Shown here piece by piece: positions 51,069 through 64,000 of a stretch of DNA of 64,000 nt. The stretch is from Marsupella aquatica. Its lineage: Eukaryota; Plantae; Marchantiophyta. How positions within the stretch are numbered: position 1 is the first letter of the stretch; every line of letters starts with the position of its first letter. The stretch is taken from contig OZ316892.1 in assembly GCA_973895155.1 (NCBI GenBank), forward strand, positions 11,174,420-11,238,419. The letters run 5' to 3'. The position numbers and the translations under genes are program-made. The notes below the pieces were generated by a model. The model ran no database searches, was not told where the DNA came from, and worked only from the letters and a program-made list of their open reading frames with translations.

Positions 51069-52158
51069 CTGTCTCGAATCATTAAACTGGCGACTGGTAT
51101 TATGCGAATCAACGGATAACTCGTTGTCAACCAATGAGTGACTCCCGTGTACTATACATGAAATTTTGATCATCAGATGTAGAATTTTAGTCATTCTTGT
51201 GTTGATCTCCCATATCATTGAAATTATGTGCCAGGCATTCCTGAGTGTTATGACGTTTCAGGGCGTTAAAGTCTGCCTCTGATGGTGGGGGCCGGCCCAG
51301 TTTAGGTGCTTCGAAGTCTTTATGGAGCAGATATTCATTGGGGTCACAACTATAGCATTAATAGAGTAACGGAACCAAGGTGATGACCTCAAAGTAGATA
51401 CCCATATGGATTTCATTCTGAATCACAATGAGTATTTGTGACTGTAAATGTTACAGATATTTTTTAATGTCATTTGCACTGATGGGACTTCCATCCTCCG
51501 TTCAAGTATTCAACTTTCCTACTGAATTATATTGCCGCCATGTTCTGGCCAACTAGTTTTACAAGAGATAGTGGAGGTGATGTGGCCAAATCAGGTGAGC
51601 CTACTGTTGGTCGGGCACGGATCCAGGGTGAGTTGAGCATTGTCTCTCAGTTGAACTACTCAGGAGTGGAATAATATCATCTGAACTATCCTAACGATGC
51701 AATTTTGACATAACTTTCAGATTCATCTCGACTTGATCTAGCAATTTGCTACACGTGTTACACAAATGCAAGAATCGTCGATTGTGTCTTTGTCAGCTAC
51801 AAGATGCGGACATTACTGAAAATCTGTTGGTATATCTCCCGTAATCCGAATCACAAAAGAGTAAAGAAGACAACTGTGCTGACTGACGAGATGTTGGCGT
51901 CAGCAAATCTACAGCTGAGAGGAGCATAAGTGAGAGGGAATGAGGTCCACAAATGACCGAGAGGGGACTGAGCTTAGAGGAAGTTGGAGCAATTTCACTG
52001 GTACCTTTACACAACTACTGTAGGTACGCTGGACTCACCTCAAAATGATTAAGTGTACAGTGTAGTTATGGCCAAAGTTTAGACCATTTTTGGAGTTGGT
52101 ATGTTATTTGACAATATTGATGCACATTAATGCATAATCCTATATGACCAGGGAGGCA

Positions 52159-52282
52159 GTTGCCTTCTGCCTGCGGCCATTGCCCAACCCGGTATCAATA
52201 TAACCACGAGATGCAAATGTGTTGCCTTCTGCCTGTGGCCATTGCCCAACCCGGTATCAATATAACCACAAGGTGCAAATGT
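52159..52282. repeat. 62-bp tandem duplication
   Basis: gttgccttctgcctg.ggccattgcccaacccggtatcaatataaccac.ag.tgcaaatgt x2. Confidence 0.9.
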
Positions 52283-53087
52283 TTTTAGGCGTGGAACAGA
52301 TGCTGGGTTACTGGTAGAGTAGCAAGTGGGTCTTGCAAGAACCTGATCTCTAAAATTCAGGAAAAAAAACTTAAAAAGTTAGGTCCTTCTCGGACAGCAT
52401 TGTTCTGTCCTACATGCAAGAATCCCATCAACCCTGGCCCCTTATCTCTGAGTGCAAATCATAACACTTATCAATAACTGCACTCCAACATGTTTCCATT
52501 CTATTCTGGTTTTATGATTTGAGTGCATCAACACTTACAGAGCTACTGCACCTATAGGTTTTGGGATTTATGATCTATCCCTTAACTCTAGTCATGGGAC
52601 AGCATTGACCCGCCCATAAGGGATGGGCTACAGCCTCATCTCAGTCTGATGGCAGATATTATTCTCTTTTCTTTCATTTGGCTGCCACCCCAAATATACT
52701 AGCCACCACCATGTCAGGCCAAAAGCCCATGTGCCTTCAATGACCTTCTGGAATTCTGGATTTGTGCTAAAGATTAAAAATTAAAGAGCATTATTAAAAT
52801 TATTGGTTACCTATTTCGAGGAAAATTATTGGTTAACTATTGAGCTCACAGGATTTCCTATAACCCAAGATTGGCTCCCACAAGTTTTATGTGAGTTCCT
52901 TTAAATCATGAGTCAGGGGAAAACTTCTCCTAGTATTAATTGCCCAGTATTGAGACTCCCTACAGTAGTGAGCCTCTTTGTACATTTATGTAAAGTGTAT
53001 AGATAAAGGGCAATTCCCAATAGGGAAAAAAAAAAATAGAGGCTTGTCCCTTGCAATTATCCAGGTATTGGCAGGGGTTGCACAGAA

Positions 53088-53227
53088 GGCGGAAGTATGG
53101 TGGAAAGGAAAGGAAAGGAAAGGAAAGGAAAGGAAAGGAAAAGGAAAGCGGAAGTATGGAGGAAAGGAAAGGAAAGGAAAGGAAAGCGGAAGTATGGTGG
53201 AAAGGAAAGGAAAGGAAAGGAAAGGAA
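53088..53227. repeat. (GGAAA)n microsatellite punctuated three times by GCGGAAGTATGG, upstream of GBSS
   Basis: Seen directly in the sequence. Confidence 0.9.
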
Positions 53228-54052
53228 CGAGAAACCGATTGGAAGTCAATAAAAAAATGGACAGAAAGGAATCACTGATGGCCCAGATCTAGTGCCGATT
53301 GCTGCTGACGAGCGAGCAGTTGAGGATCACGCGGGATTTCGATTGATTGATCAAATTGAGAAATTGCACGAGCCATAAATTGAATTTGAGGGGGCAATTG
53401 GCCGCGAGAGTCTCATCTTTTTTGAGAAGACTGGAATGAAGAAGAGAACAGGGACTTATGAGTGAACTGCTGGGAGAGGAAATTGAATGGTGATGCAAAG
53501 AGGTGAGTAATAATTGGCAGTGAGTAGGCTGAGACCCGCCCCATTTCTGCACTCTGCACACCTGCAGCCTGTGTTGTGTCTTCTCTCGACAATCTCCCCC
53601 TCCGCCATTGATTGCAACTCCGCTAGTGATGGTCAATAGGACCCAAGTACTGGAGTGGTCCATGCATTCCTCCTCCTGCTATTGCCATTGCTGGTCGTAG
53701 CAACAGAATTGGGACCGGGCATTGTTCAGTGCGGGCCTCTCGGACTAGTTCCAACCTTGCCCAGGCCAGAGATTGCAAGGAGTAAGGAGATTTCCTCGAA
53801 TCTATCAGCAAAGTGAGAACGTTGATTGCAGGGCAGATTGGCAATGCCGACTTTTCTCCACATAGATACTAATTGCTCGAATTGGCCAACGGTTTCACGA
53901 GGGACAATGGAGTAAGAGTTCAAAGCAGCCAAGTGTCTAACAACGTACACACAGATGTCCATTCCAAACTTGAATTTCCGATAATAATCCATAACATTCG
54001 ATTCCCGATTTGAAGCAGTCGAGGAGAGATTCTTGAAGGTTTATAGTTCACA

Positions 54053-57000
54053 ATGAAGACAATGGTTGTTGGTCATTGGGGTTGTGTCCCCCAGAAAGCA
54101 ATTGTCGCAGGAGTCAATGGTGAGAGGCCCGATGTTGCCAGCAGAGTCTCAGGGAAGGCAAGGTTCACCAACGGATGCCGTAGCACCCATGGCTTTACAG
54201 CTTTTCAGGGCCTCAAGGCTTGCCGAGCCAAGTATGAGTTGAGCCATCGGAAATCACTCGACGCTGTCAGCCAGAAAAGGAGTGTAAACTCGAGACGGGG
54301 TCCAGCGGGAGTGGTAATCGTTTGTGCTGGGGGTATGAGCATTGTGTTCGTGTCTGCCGAAGTTGCACCGTGGAGCAAAACTGGAGGCCTTGGGGATGTC
54401 CTTGGTGGTCTGCCGCCTGCTCTTGCTGTGAGTGAGCTTTTTCGGAATTCTTGTCCAGGGCCCGTTGAATGGTTTTTCGCAGAACCTTGTGTTCATCTAG
54501 AGTCATACCACATTACCTCTTTCTGTTGTCTGCTGGACGACGGTTCTGCCATTTAGTTCTGAAACGTCTATCTCCTAGACAGCTTGGACGTTTCAGATCG
54601 AAATTTGAAAACTGTCGTTTACAATCGCATTATTCAGAGCGAGCGCACTGACGTGATATTCACCGACGTCCGTAGAAAATGAACGAGTGAAAATTACTAA
54701 AACAGTCCATACTACTATGCCTGATGTAGTTTCCTGAGGTAGAATTGTGTTTTGAGTCCACGGATATTTAAGAAGGGTTCAAAATTTAGACGGTCGCAGG
54801 TACTCACTTTGATGGGATCTAGCGAGATGACTCTTTTCGCCTGGAAGCTAGAGAAAAGGATTATCGTCAGGAATTAAGGCTGATGTTGTGCCTTCTGTTC
54901 ATCAACAGCTCACCTTCCACAGCCATTGTGAAATTGCAGGCCAGGGGACATCGAGTAATGACCGTCTCTCCCCGTTATGACCAGTACAAGGATGCCTGGG
55001 ACACAAACACGCCCATTGAAGTGAGTCTTCTATCCTTAGACGGTCAGCCGTATCTCATTCAAATATTTGAACGATACGCTCTTAATTGATGCTTTCCAAA
55101 TTGAATGTATGCTTACCGGCAGTCCTTGTCCAGATTCAGCCCAATGTCATGGTCCACTGTTTAAGCATACCGGCCAATTAGCATCTACATTGTGGGAATT
55201 CATTGAAAACTCGGCAAGGCACATTTATGTAATATGTTGTTGAGCATCGCGAATCTTCAGGCTCTCACTCGCAAACTAATAATGTTTCAGGAGGCGCATT
55301 TTCTGCACTGACAATAGGAGGGTACTTTCCCAAACTGACTCACTCGTTACAAATCATCCCATTTTGGGTATTGGAGGATTTCCTTCATGACCTACGCTGA
55401 GGACTCCCAACGTGATTCTATGATTCTGTGTTCCTGATGCAGGTGAAGGTCGGCGACAAGTTTGAAACTGTGAGGCTATTCCACACCTTCAAACGTGGAG
55501 TCGATCGTGTATTCGTAGATCATCCCAGCTTTCTGGCGAAGGTCCTGATCCAGAGTCTCCTTCCGGCCAGTCTCAGGATTTGGTCGTAAACTTGATGGGG
55601 TGCTGCATAAATTTGTGGCTACAGTCTCATTTTCTGAAACGACCCATTGAATGGCATCCAGGTGTGGGGAAAGACGGGGGAAAAAATATATGGCCCCGTC
55701 ACAGGAGAAGACTACAAGGACAATGAGCTCCGCTTCAGTCTTTTCGCTCAGGTTGAGTTGCTTACTACCCTCAGCACATTCCAATCAGGAATCTTCTCTC
55801 GGGGTCTGTCTAGGGAATCTTCACTTCCGGAATTGTGTTATCACTTGCTTTGCTGCTTTCTCACGAATATGGCAACGGTCGTTGCGCAGGCTGCCATTGA
55901 AGCTGCACGCGTTTTAAATCTCAGCAAGGATGGGTTCAACTGTGAACCGTACGGTGCGTGCGTTGAGGCTTACTCGTCAGCCCCATCCACCTGCTTGTCA
56001 CGAGCATTGGGAAACGTTAGATTTTAAGGTCATTACGGTGGATTTGAACGATTCGTCTGTGGGCAGTGGTTTATGCCCCTCTGGTATTGGTGTTGTGAAA
56101 AGCATCTTGTGAATTGTTTCAAAATGGAGGCCTCTATCCAGGCACAAAAATAGTACACGTTAAGAATTTTACATTTCATAGAGCAGACGACAAACTCCTC
56201 CGTGTCGGCATGTCATAGAAACCTTCGAGGTTGCCAACAATGGTTTTTGGCAGACATATCCCCCCTCAGAAGTGTTCGGACACACCACCCGCTCTTCGTA
56301 AGTGTATGGGCCTCCAGGTTTTGCTATGAAGTTAATTTTCCCTTTTTGACTCTGAAAAGCACGAGGTGAGGATTTGATACTGGAGACAATTGGCTGAACC
56401 TTTTTGAAATTACTTACGCCGTGCTTTTGTGCGGTCTACAGGAGAAGATGTTGTCTTTGTTGCCAACGACTGGCACACGGCCCTTCTCCCTTGCTATCTG
56501 AAAAGCAATTACAAGCCCTATGGTCGGTTCACTAACGCCAAGGTTGATTCCATTCCGCTCGTAACAGCTCATGAGACATTGAGCGAAGATCAGAGGGACC
56601 TGGATCTGTTTTCTCGTTACTTTCTTATAAGTTTCTCCCTGCTTCGTCTGAGATGTGGCTTTTGACTTTTGGAAGTTAGTGTCCGGCCAGTGTCGGTCCA
56701 TAGCCCGATTAGGTCCCTCTGGACTTCCGACTTATCCACTGATTTCCTGCAAATTCAAGAGCTATGATGAATATGTTATCTAATACTCTGCAAGTCTGCT
56801 ATGGCAACAGCTCCTAAGTTAGATATTCAACCTGTGACACTGTGCAGGTGGCATTCTGTGTACATAATATTGCGTATCAGGGAAGATTCGCCTTTACAGA
56901 CTTTCCTCTATTGAACCTTCCAGACTCCTTTCAAAGTTCGTTTGCTTTTATGGATGGGTGAGTCAGTCCTCGCTTTGCCCGACAACAATTGCTATGCAAT

Positions 57001-59932
57001 CCTTTTGTACTGTTTGTTGCTGACACACTTCATCATCTTCTTCGAGGTAGCTCTTGGATTAATCTCTCCTTTCTTGTGGGCTGTTGACGATCATATAACC
57101 AGCTTTGTCAAGTACATATTCAAACAAGCTCCTTTGAATTTATTCCGCAACTTCCGTTAGCTTCACTAAAATGCTTTTTTCTTTAGAGCTCGTCCCCTCG
57201 AGGCCTCTGTAGTGAAGAAAGCCGGAATGATGCAGGTATACCAAACCTGTGAAAGGGCTAAAAATAAATTGGATGAAGGCTGGATTTCTTGAATCAGACA
57301 AAGTGTTGACAGTGAGTCCAAATTACGCAAGAGAGTTGACTGCAGGCCCAGACATGGGTGTGGAATTGGATGATATTGTTCGTAAAACAGGGATTGTGGG
57401 AATCGTCAATGGGATGGATGTGCAAGAATGGGATCCATCCAAAGACAAATTTATTGAAACCAAATATGATGCTACTACGGTATTCTTCCTCCCCAGACCT
57501 TCGAGATAGCGAATGTTCTCCACCTTTTGTGATGTCTTGCTGTCTGCACGGACCTCATTTGAGCTAGGCAAGTTCGGTGAATTTGTGACTCTTAGCAGGC
57601 CTCCATTGCAAAGCGAAACTTACTTTATCAAGTAAAGAAGAAGAAGATGAAATTGATGGACTTCTCGTGGATTGCTATTTGTTTTAGGTTCTTGAAGCCA
57701 AACCTGCGTTGAAAGAGGCACTGCAAGCTGAAGTGGGCCTCCCTGTGAATCCTGATGTGCCAGTGATTGGTTTCATCGGAAGGCTTGAGGAACAAAAAGG
57801 CTCTGACATACTTGTAGAGGCTGCTGCAGAGTTCCTACAGGGAGACGTACAGCTTATTATTCTGGTATTAATCTCCTCGCTGCTTACCAGTTTTGGTGGA
57901 TGAATACAAGGGCTGTGGATACATCATAAGTAGAGCTATCTCCGTCTTGTCGCTGGAGTTCTCTTGATTTGTGTTTTCGTCAAGAGATGGCTTTCTCATA
58001 CATGGAAACGATCCTGGTTTTAGCTCCCATTAAGATGATACTGATCGTCTATCAAAAACAATTAGGCTGACTCATTTAGCTATGTAGCAAAAATTTACGG
58101 GTGGACCAAACAAGGTCAAGAGAAGAGCTGGAGGAGGAGACAAAAGGTAAATTATAATTAAGCCATAGCATTTTGGGGTCCGAATTGAATCGACTTTCTC
58201 TTACACAACGAATCTGTCATAACAGTCATACTTCAAAAGTTCGGACCCACAATTTTGTTACGGCAACATGCAAGCCTCCACTTGTAGCTCAGGACATCAT
58301 GCAATGCGTTGGTACATTTGGGCTCGGAGTTCTCTCAATGCATTCAAATTCATTCTCTCCCTCTAATACGTAGTCGGGTGGACACTTACAATCCAATGAA
58401 GCGATCAGCTTCTCTACACCCACTGGATCCGTCAGGAAGCTAGACGACGACCCATAATCCGATTGACGCAGGTGCAAATCGGATGGGTGGACGTGTGGTC
58501 ATTTTAGCACCGGTTTTTGGCTGTCTCCACTCACGGGCACGTTGTGGGGATGTGGTAGGGAACAGGCAAGAAGTATCTTGAAAAGCAGATTGAACAGTTA
58601 GAGAAGGACTTTCCAGACAAGGCAAGAGCAGTCGCCAAGTTCAATGTAGCCCTGGCACATGCAATCACAGCTGGAGCTGATTATCTTTTGGTCCCTAGTC
58701 GATTTGAGCCTTGTGGACTTATCCAACTTCATGCCATGCGATATGGGACGGTAATAGTCTACTTCTGTTGTTGGCTATGTACATTGTGATAGCCAAGTCT
58801 TGGGTCAGTGTACTGGCTAACACACGCTATGGATCTTTGTTATTGTAGCTGAAGATGTGCCATTCAAACTCAAACTTGTTCAAATTGGTTGCTTCTTTCT
58901 CTTAAGCAGACACTCCTTTCAAATTGTTAAAGATTTTGCTTAGTGCTTCCTTCTTCCTACCTTGTGGATGTCCTCAAGAAGTTACTGAGAGACAGGCGTC
59001 ATTTCTGGTCGCAGCCCCCCATAGTTGCTTCGACTGGTGGACTGGTTGACACAGTGCAAGATGGCATTACTGGCTATCATGTGGGAACCCCTTTCAATGT
59101 AGAGGTATGGATAGCATGTTCAACCGTGAATTACATCTAGTATGCGTGGCCTCTCAGCAGCCATCTCTGCCTCAGATGCGGGCTTACTCCTTGACTAAGA
59201 AATTGTTGTTCTTCTGGACAAATCGTGCTTGATGATATCTTAACAATTTGTGAATAATTCCACACTGGGAAAAATTGATGTGCTGGAGTTTGGATGGGAA
59301 GCATGTGCGATGAAGTAGACTGAGCACAAGTCCTCTTGTATTGTGTCAGTGTGAGACTGTGGACCCCAAAGACGTGACGACACTGGCAGCGACAGTGCAG
59401 AGAGCTGTTGAGGAGTATGGTTCCCCCAAGTACTTCAGCTTAATCCAGGCTGGCATGGCACAGGACCTGTCTTGGAAGGTGTGTTCCTAGAAATTCGGTG
59501 CATTTAAATTTGTGTACGTGTTCGGCTTAGCCATTCAGTCCAACAGGTGAAAAATGCGTTTGACGGAGTGGCAGGTAAAGAGTGCATGTCTTCCAGACCC
59601 ACATCATGGCTACATCTTTCTTCTCAAAGGCCACAATTCTCCACACAACTGAAGAGAGCCATACGTTGGAGTGTGAGAGGGTTGTTAATCAGCAACCCAT
59701 GAACACATTTGGGAATGGGGCTCCATGTATCCCTTCTGTAGTGTTCTTGAAGTTGAGCTTTTCCGAGTCACTTTGAAGACTAGTCCTTATCCTAGTCCGT
59801 TTTACTGGTTTGCAGGGACCAGCACGGATATGGGAGGACGTTTTATTAAGACTCAATGTCAAAGGCAGTGAGGCAGGTCAGGAAGGTGATGAAATAGCCC
59901 CAACAGCAACAGCAAATTTGGCCACTCCTTGA
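54053..59932 (+). CDS. GBSS: Granule-bound starch synthase (GT5) with transit peptide. 13 exons: 54053-54427, 54940-55020, 55443-55541, 55662-55751, 55890-55953, 56442-56542, 56848-56957, 57236-57479, 57688-57864, 58559-58750, 59015-59104, 59350-59478, 59816-59932
   Basis: [64 protein letters not shown], and the GBSS-type C-terminus [15 protein letters not shown]. Confidence 0.97.
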
Positions 59933-62900
59933 TATCTTGTGGTAGGACGCGTAACATGTGTAATGCTCGGTAACTAGTCTTGCAGGCAGCAAAACAAAAT
60001 ACCTAGGAGCCTACCAGGACCAAGGCAGATTCCTCTTTTATAAGGAAGTCCAGTTATGAAGAGAGGACCATCCGACAACCAGAGATGTATTTTTAGTTAG
60101 GCTTTGAAATTTACGATCAAAGGGAGCACTGGAGCTTGGTGTTTCAAGAGGAGAAGGGCTCGGAAACGTGGAAAGCTTTATAAGTGTAGATAGATCAAGC
60201 AAATGGAAGTGCTCCATTACCATCCAATAACATCCAGTGTCACTTAGCCAAGCTCAGCGCAGTCGTTGAGCAAAAGTGTTCATTCATTCATTCATAAAGG
60301 TATTTTTGGAATTGAAATTTGACAAAAAGCACATTTAAATTAAGGAATCCGCCTCCTGGTGCTAGACTTGATTGCACTCAATATCAGCATCGACGAGGCA
60401 GCTACCTCTGGAGTTGAGTAGTTATCTCTTCTCGCGAGGTGACTCTCCAAAGTTGGCAGTGTAGAAATGAAGCGTCAGCAACGTGATATCCTTTTGGACG
60501 CAAGAATTCAAAAGGGAGTAGCAGGTGAATATCGATTGCTCATCTTGATACCCATCGGTGATCTGTTGGACAGGTCACCAGAAGGGCTGGGCCTCACTGA
60601 AACAGGAGTTTAGCCAGCTTAGAAACTAACAAGGGACTACTGATTACGGAATAAGAAGATGGAAATGACGGTCAAAACAGTTCGATTATCTGAGCAGTAA
60701 ATGTCATCCTTGCAGAAAGAAGTTCTTTTCCTGGCGGATATATGTAATTGCTAAATAACAGCGGTCACCGTAAACTAAAATTGGTCATGCAACCCAATTA
60801 GAATTGCATACATTCAACTGCTTTCATTGACGAATAAATCCGACGACTACTGGTGCCGAACGATGACAAAAGTTTGTAATTGTCTCCAGACCAGTTGGCT
60901 TGTAATTAGGACACTGTCCAATGAAGAACCTCTCTCTAGTAGCAACGCTCTCCCATCGCCCTCTTAGACATGAGTACTGTGACCATGGGCAGGGTGAGAT
61001 CGTCCGTTTCCTTCACATGGAACACAGAATTGCGGTATGTGCAAGTGTGTGACCCATTAAGCCAAGGAAGAGAGGATAGGACTGGAAGCCACTGCCAGTT
61101 AGTTGACCCATCTCCAAGTCATTCACCAACTGCTCCCAGCTTCCCAATCTACCGCCTCATCCACGGAAATATGCTTCAGCAGACTGATCTTGGTCAGGAA
61201 TATTAACAGGCAGGCGTGATTTCAGCAGTGTGGCCTGCGAAGGAAGCATAATTATGGGTCCGTTGCCTGATCCGTTGCCTGATCCGTCATGGTAAATCTA
61301 CTGTAGGAAGAGAAGAGGGATCAGGAGCCCAAGAACGAAGGGGCCGTGTACTGTATTTGAGCAGATGGCTGACGAGGATCTCGGCATGTCATTGGTTGCC
61401 GTGGATTCGAGCCAACTCTGATGTCATATAATTACGAGGAGGGCGGGGCGGATACGGTATAGCACAATCCTGTCAGCAACTGGCTCGTTGGCGTGCAAGG
61501 TAGAAACAGTTCGGTAGTGATGTATACGCCAAGTGCCCAGGTGGTGGATGAGGTCATCGAGGTTTTCAGACTTGGCAACGGCTCGTGTTCCTTTCTTTGG
61601 CCTTAGTTGGCACTCCGTCTCGGGACTGCTCTGTTGTAGCTGCTCTAAGTCGCATTCCATCTGATTAGAGCATTTCCTTCGATCCTGTCCTCCACGCGCG
61701 CCGTGGTCAGGTTTCTCAGTGGCGGGTGGGTTCTGCTGCTTAGCGTTTCGACTTTCAGCAGCGGCCGGGTTCTGCTTCAACTCAGCGACTAAGTTTTCAC
61801 TCCATCGATCTCCATGCTCGCTGTGGCCACTGATCGAGTACAGTACTGCGTTCCGTCGTCCGAGAAAGTTGCAAACTTCAAGATTGAAGGTGTGAAGTAA
61901 GTGAAACCCTCATCATCCAGTCATGCTTAATCATGCTAGTCCAGTGACCTTTTCCGGTTGCCGTGTGAATGCTGTCCTTAATTGTGCGCCTCTGCCCAAG
62001 CTAACCTTACTTTCAAGGACTTTCCTTTACTTCCATGCGAAATATTGAATTGCATCGAAGAAGTCGACGTGAGCTGTTGCGACTGGGATGAGATTGGATG
62101 GGACGGGCTGCATCGAGCATGAGAAAATTGATTTCAATTGGTGGAGGGCATTTTTTTGTTGCGTACGTGGGTGGGGTTTGATCTGAGTACTGAGAGCTGC
62201 GTACAGTTTGGTGTGTGCGAGCATAAAACTCTCTTCCTAAACGAAAAAGAAAGCCCCCAAAAAACTCGCGCCCCCCTAGAATATCGCTTTCCATAGTGGT
62301 GCATGATCCAGCTAAATCACACGAACCGGCTCAACCAGATCTAAGTTTGTGTACTTTTTTGTTTCCTTCAACTGCTGGCCTTAGCCCCTTAGCTGAATCT
62401 ACTCAACACCGCCACTTCATGACCTAGCCTCTCCATTAGTTTTCTACTGGACAACTCTGTCCCAGCTAAGTTCCTGAGTTCTTTCTGTATGCAGAGTGGA
62501 TGTAGTTTTGGCGTAAAGTATCTCGTGATTGACTAGTGCTTAGCTACAGCTGCTGTTTCGTTGAATGTTTGCGCTCTTTCAAAATCCAGCACCAGCGAAG
62601 CTGTGATTCCCGCTCTAGAGGACAAATCTTTCGATGGCTGTGCGAATACCAAAAATCTCAATAGCAGCGGATTGACAGTGTCAATACAATCTGGGTTATC
62701 AATTTATCACCGCAATCTAGCTTCCCAGCATCAAATGTCATTCGCTTGCTTGCTTGTCTTTGCCGATTAAGGGTATTTGCTAGGCTGTGGTGGTTCAGCC
62801 AAAGCAGATCCAAGCATTAATATTTTAGCTGGTCCTCTCAGGATTGAAACACAAATGCATCTTGAATGTCACTCAATCTACTGGGACCTTTCATAGTACT

Positions 62901-63685
62901 GTGTGATTATTGGTTTGAGAGGGTTCTAAAGTCGGGCATTCATAAGGCAGGAATTTGTGGGAGAAAACTACTACTAGTGATAATTCGGGACGAAACTAAA
63001 TTGTTCTTTCATTGGAGCCAGGATAGCGGAGACAAAAATCATAGCAATGCTATTTCGATTGTTGGTAGTTGCAGTGGAATATTGGTGACCTGTTCAAGCA
63101 TGTGTAACTTGTGGAAGCAATGGAAGAAAGTTCAAGCCTTAATAAATTTAGATCAAGCTAGTGACATGATCTTTACTGGTATTTTAAATTACATTTTCTA
63201 ATTTCTGTTCACAATGTTGTAAATCACGTAAATTCCTGTTCGATGTATAATTTATATGCTCTAAGCACTTACTACTACTGCCCATTCATGAGCCGATAAG
63301 ATGACTTCAGTACTGGATTTGATTTGATTCAACCAAGTTGAAATCTGCTTGCCACAATCTACTGTGTGATAATGAATAGCCTTGGCAGGTCGTGATGTGC
63401 TGCCTGTGCTTGATTAGTACAATGACCTTAAGCTCGCTACGAGGGATTTTCACCGTGACAATTACTGCCCAGAGATAGATTTCCTTCAGTTCTTGGCACC
63501 TTACGCATTTTAGAGACTAAGGTTTGCAATTTTGCATAATTGCATAATTGCAGATATGCGATCGATTGACTACGGCGCACTGTTTCGTCAATTTGGAAGA
63601 TGACGATCGTAATGCCTTCTTCATCTGGAGACATTCATTGAGCCTTCGTTGCTCGTATGTTATTCCTTTTGTGGCGTTCATTGCA

Positions 63686-64000
63686 ATGACTGGCAAGAGC
63701 GGCTCATCGGACGTTTCCTCTTGTGCTCCTCCCTGTGTCTCCGCCTCATCGGCTTCTGCTATCAGGGGCTACAGCGATGGGCCACCGTTCATCTTCAAAG
63801 GGAGAGCTCTATACCAGCTGCACGCAGTGAAGGCCTCCGTGGCTCGCAGGTTTGTGCCCCCGGAGCTCAAGCTGGTGGAAGCATTCGGATACACCTTGGG
63901 CGGTCTCTTTCTGGCCAACTACGATGGCTCCCCAGCGGGAAAGTTCGATGAAGTTGTGGTGATTGCAGGCATTGTCTGGAATGCGCCCACCTCTTGTGCT
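63686..64000 (+). CDS. NXD1: NEOXANTHIN-DEFICIENT 1, 5' part (runs off the window)
   Basis: PPFIFKGRALYQLHAVK...ELKLVEAFGYTLGGLFLANYDGSPAGKFDEVVVIAGIVWNAPTSCA, in frame from ATG 63686. Confidence 0.9.
   Translation, partial: MTGKSGSSDVSSCAPPCVSASSASAIRGYSDGPPFIFKGRALYQLHAVKASVARRFVPPELKLVEAFGYTLGGLFLANYDGSPAGKFDEVVVIAGIVWNAPTSCA

Noticed and set aside
52978-53292. K/E/R/G-rich ORFs
   Set aside because: Translations of the (GGAAA)n microsatellite.
53545-53570. Resemblance to miR1030 (TCTGCA.TCTGCA..CCTGCA)
   Set aside because: Needs indels, is low-complexity and has no foldback.
60900-61900. 118-aa minus-strand ORF with a faint F-box-like stretch (NLDDLIHHL)
   Set aside because: TTG-initiated in the ORF track, with stops downstream and too weak a similarity to call.

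Overview
Eukaryotic, intron-rich land-plant DNA, probably a non-seed plant such as a bryophyte (inference from gene divergence and intron style; species not determinable). Recognisable genes: SGS3 (-), a DUF716/TMEM45-like membrane protein (+), a COX7c-like complex IV subunit (+), a three-RRM hnRNP-like protein (+), a large uncharacterised WD40 + coiled-coil protein (-), deoxyhypusine hydroxylase DOHH (+), granule-bound starch synthase GBSS (+) and the 5' end of NXD1 (+). Intergenic DNA holds a Harbinger-type MITE, two tiny TA-flanked MITE-like hairpins, a solo LTR next to or inside a decayed Copia element, a short Helitron and many tandem duplications. The best leads are a set of possible post-transcriptional control features in SGS3 (candidate poison exon, miR535-like site, repeated donor-like motifs, GW-rich N-terminus), a multi-hairpin element with mutually exclusive pairings at about 31.8-32.0 kb, and the WD40-coiled-coil gene. 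Exon boundaries were read by eye from GT/AG sites and frame continuity; nothing was searched against databases.
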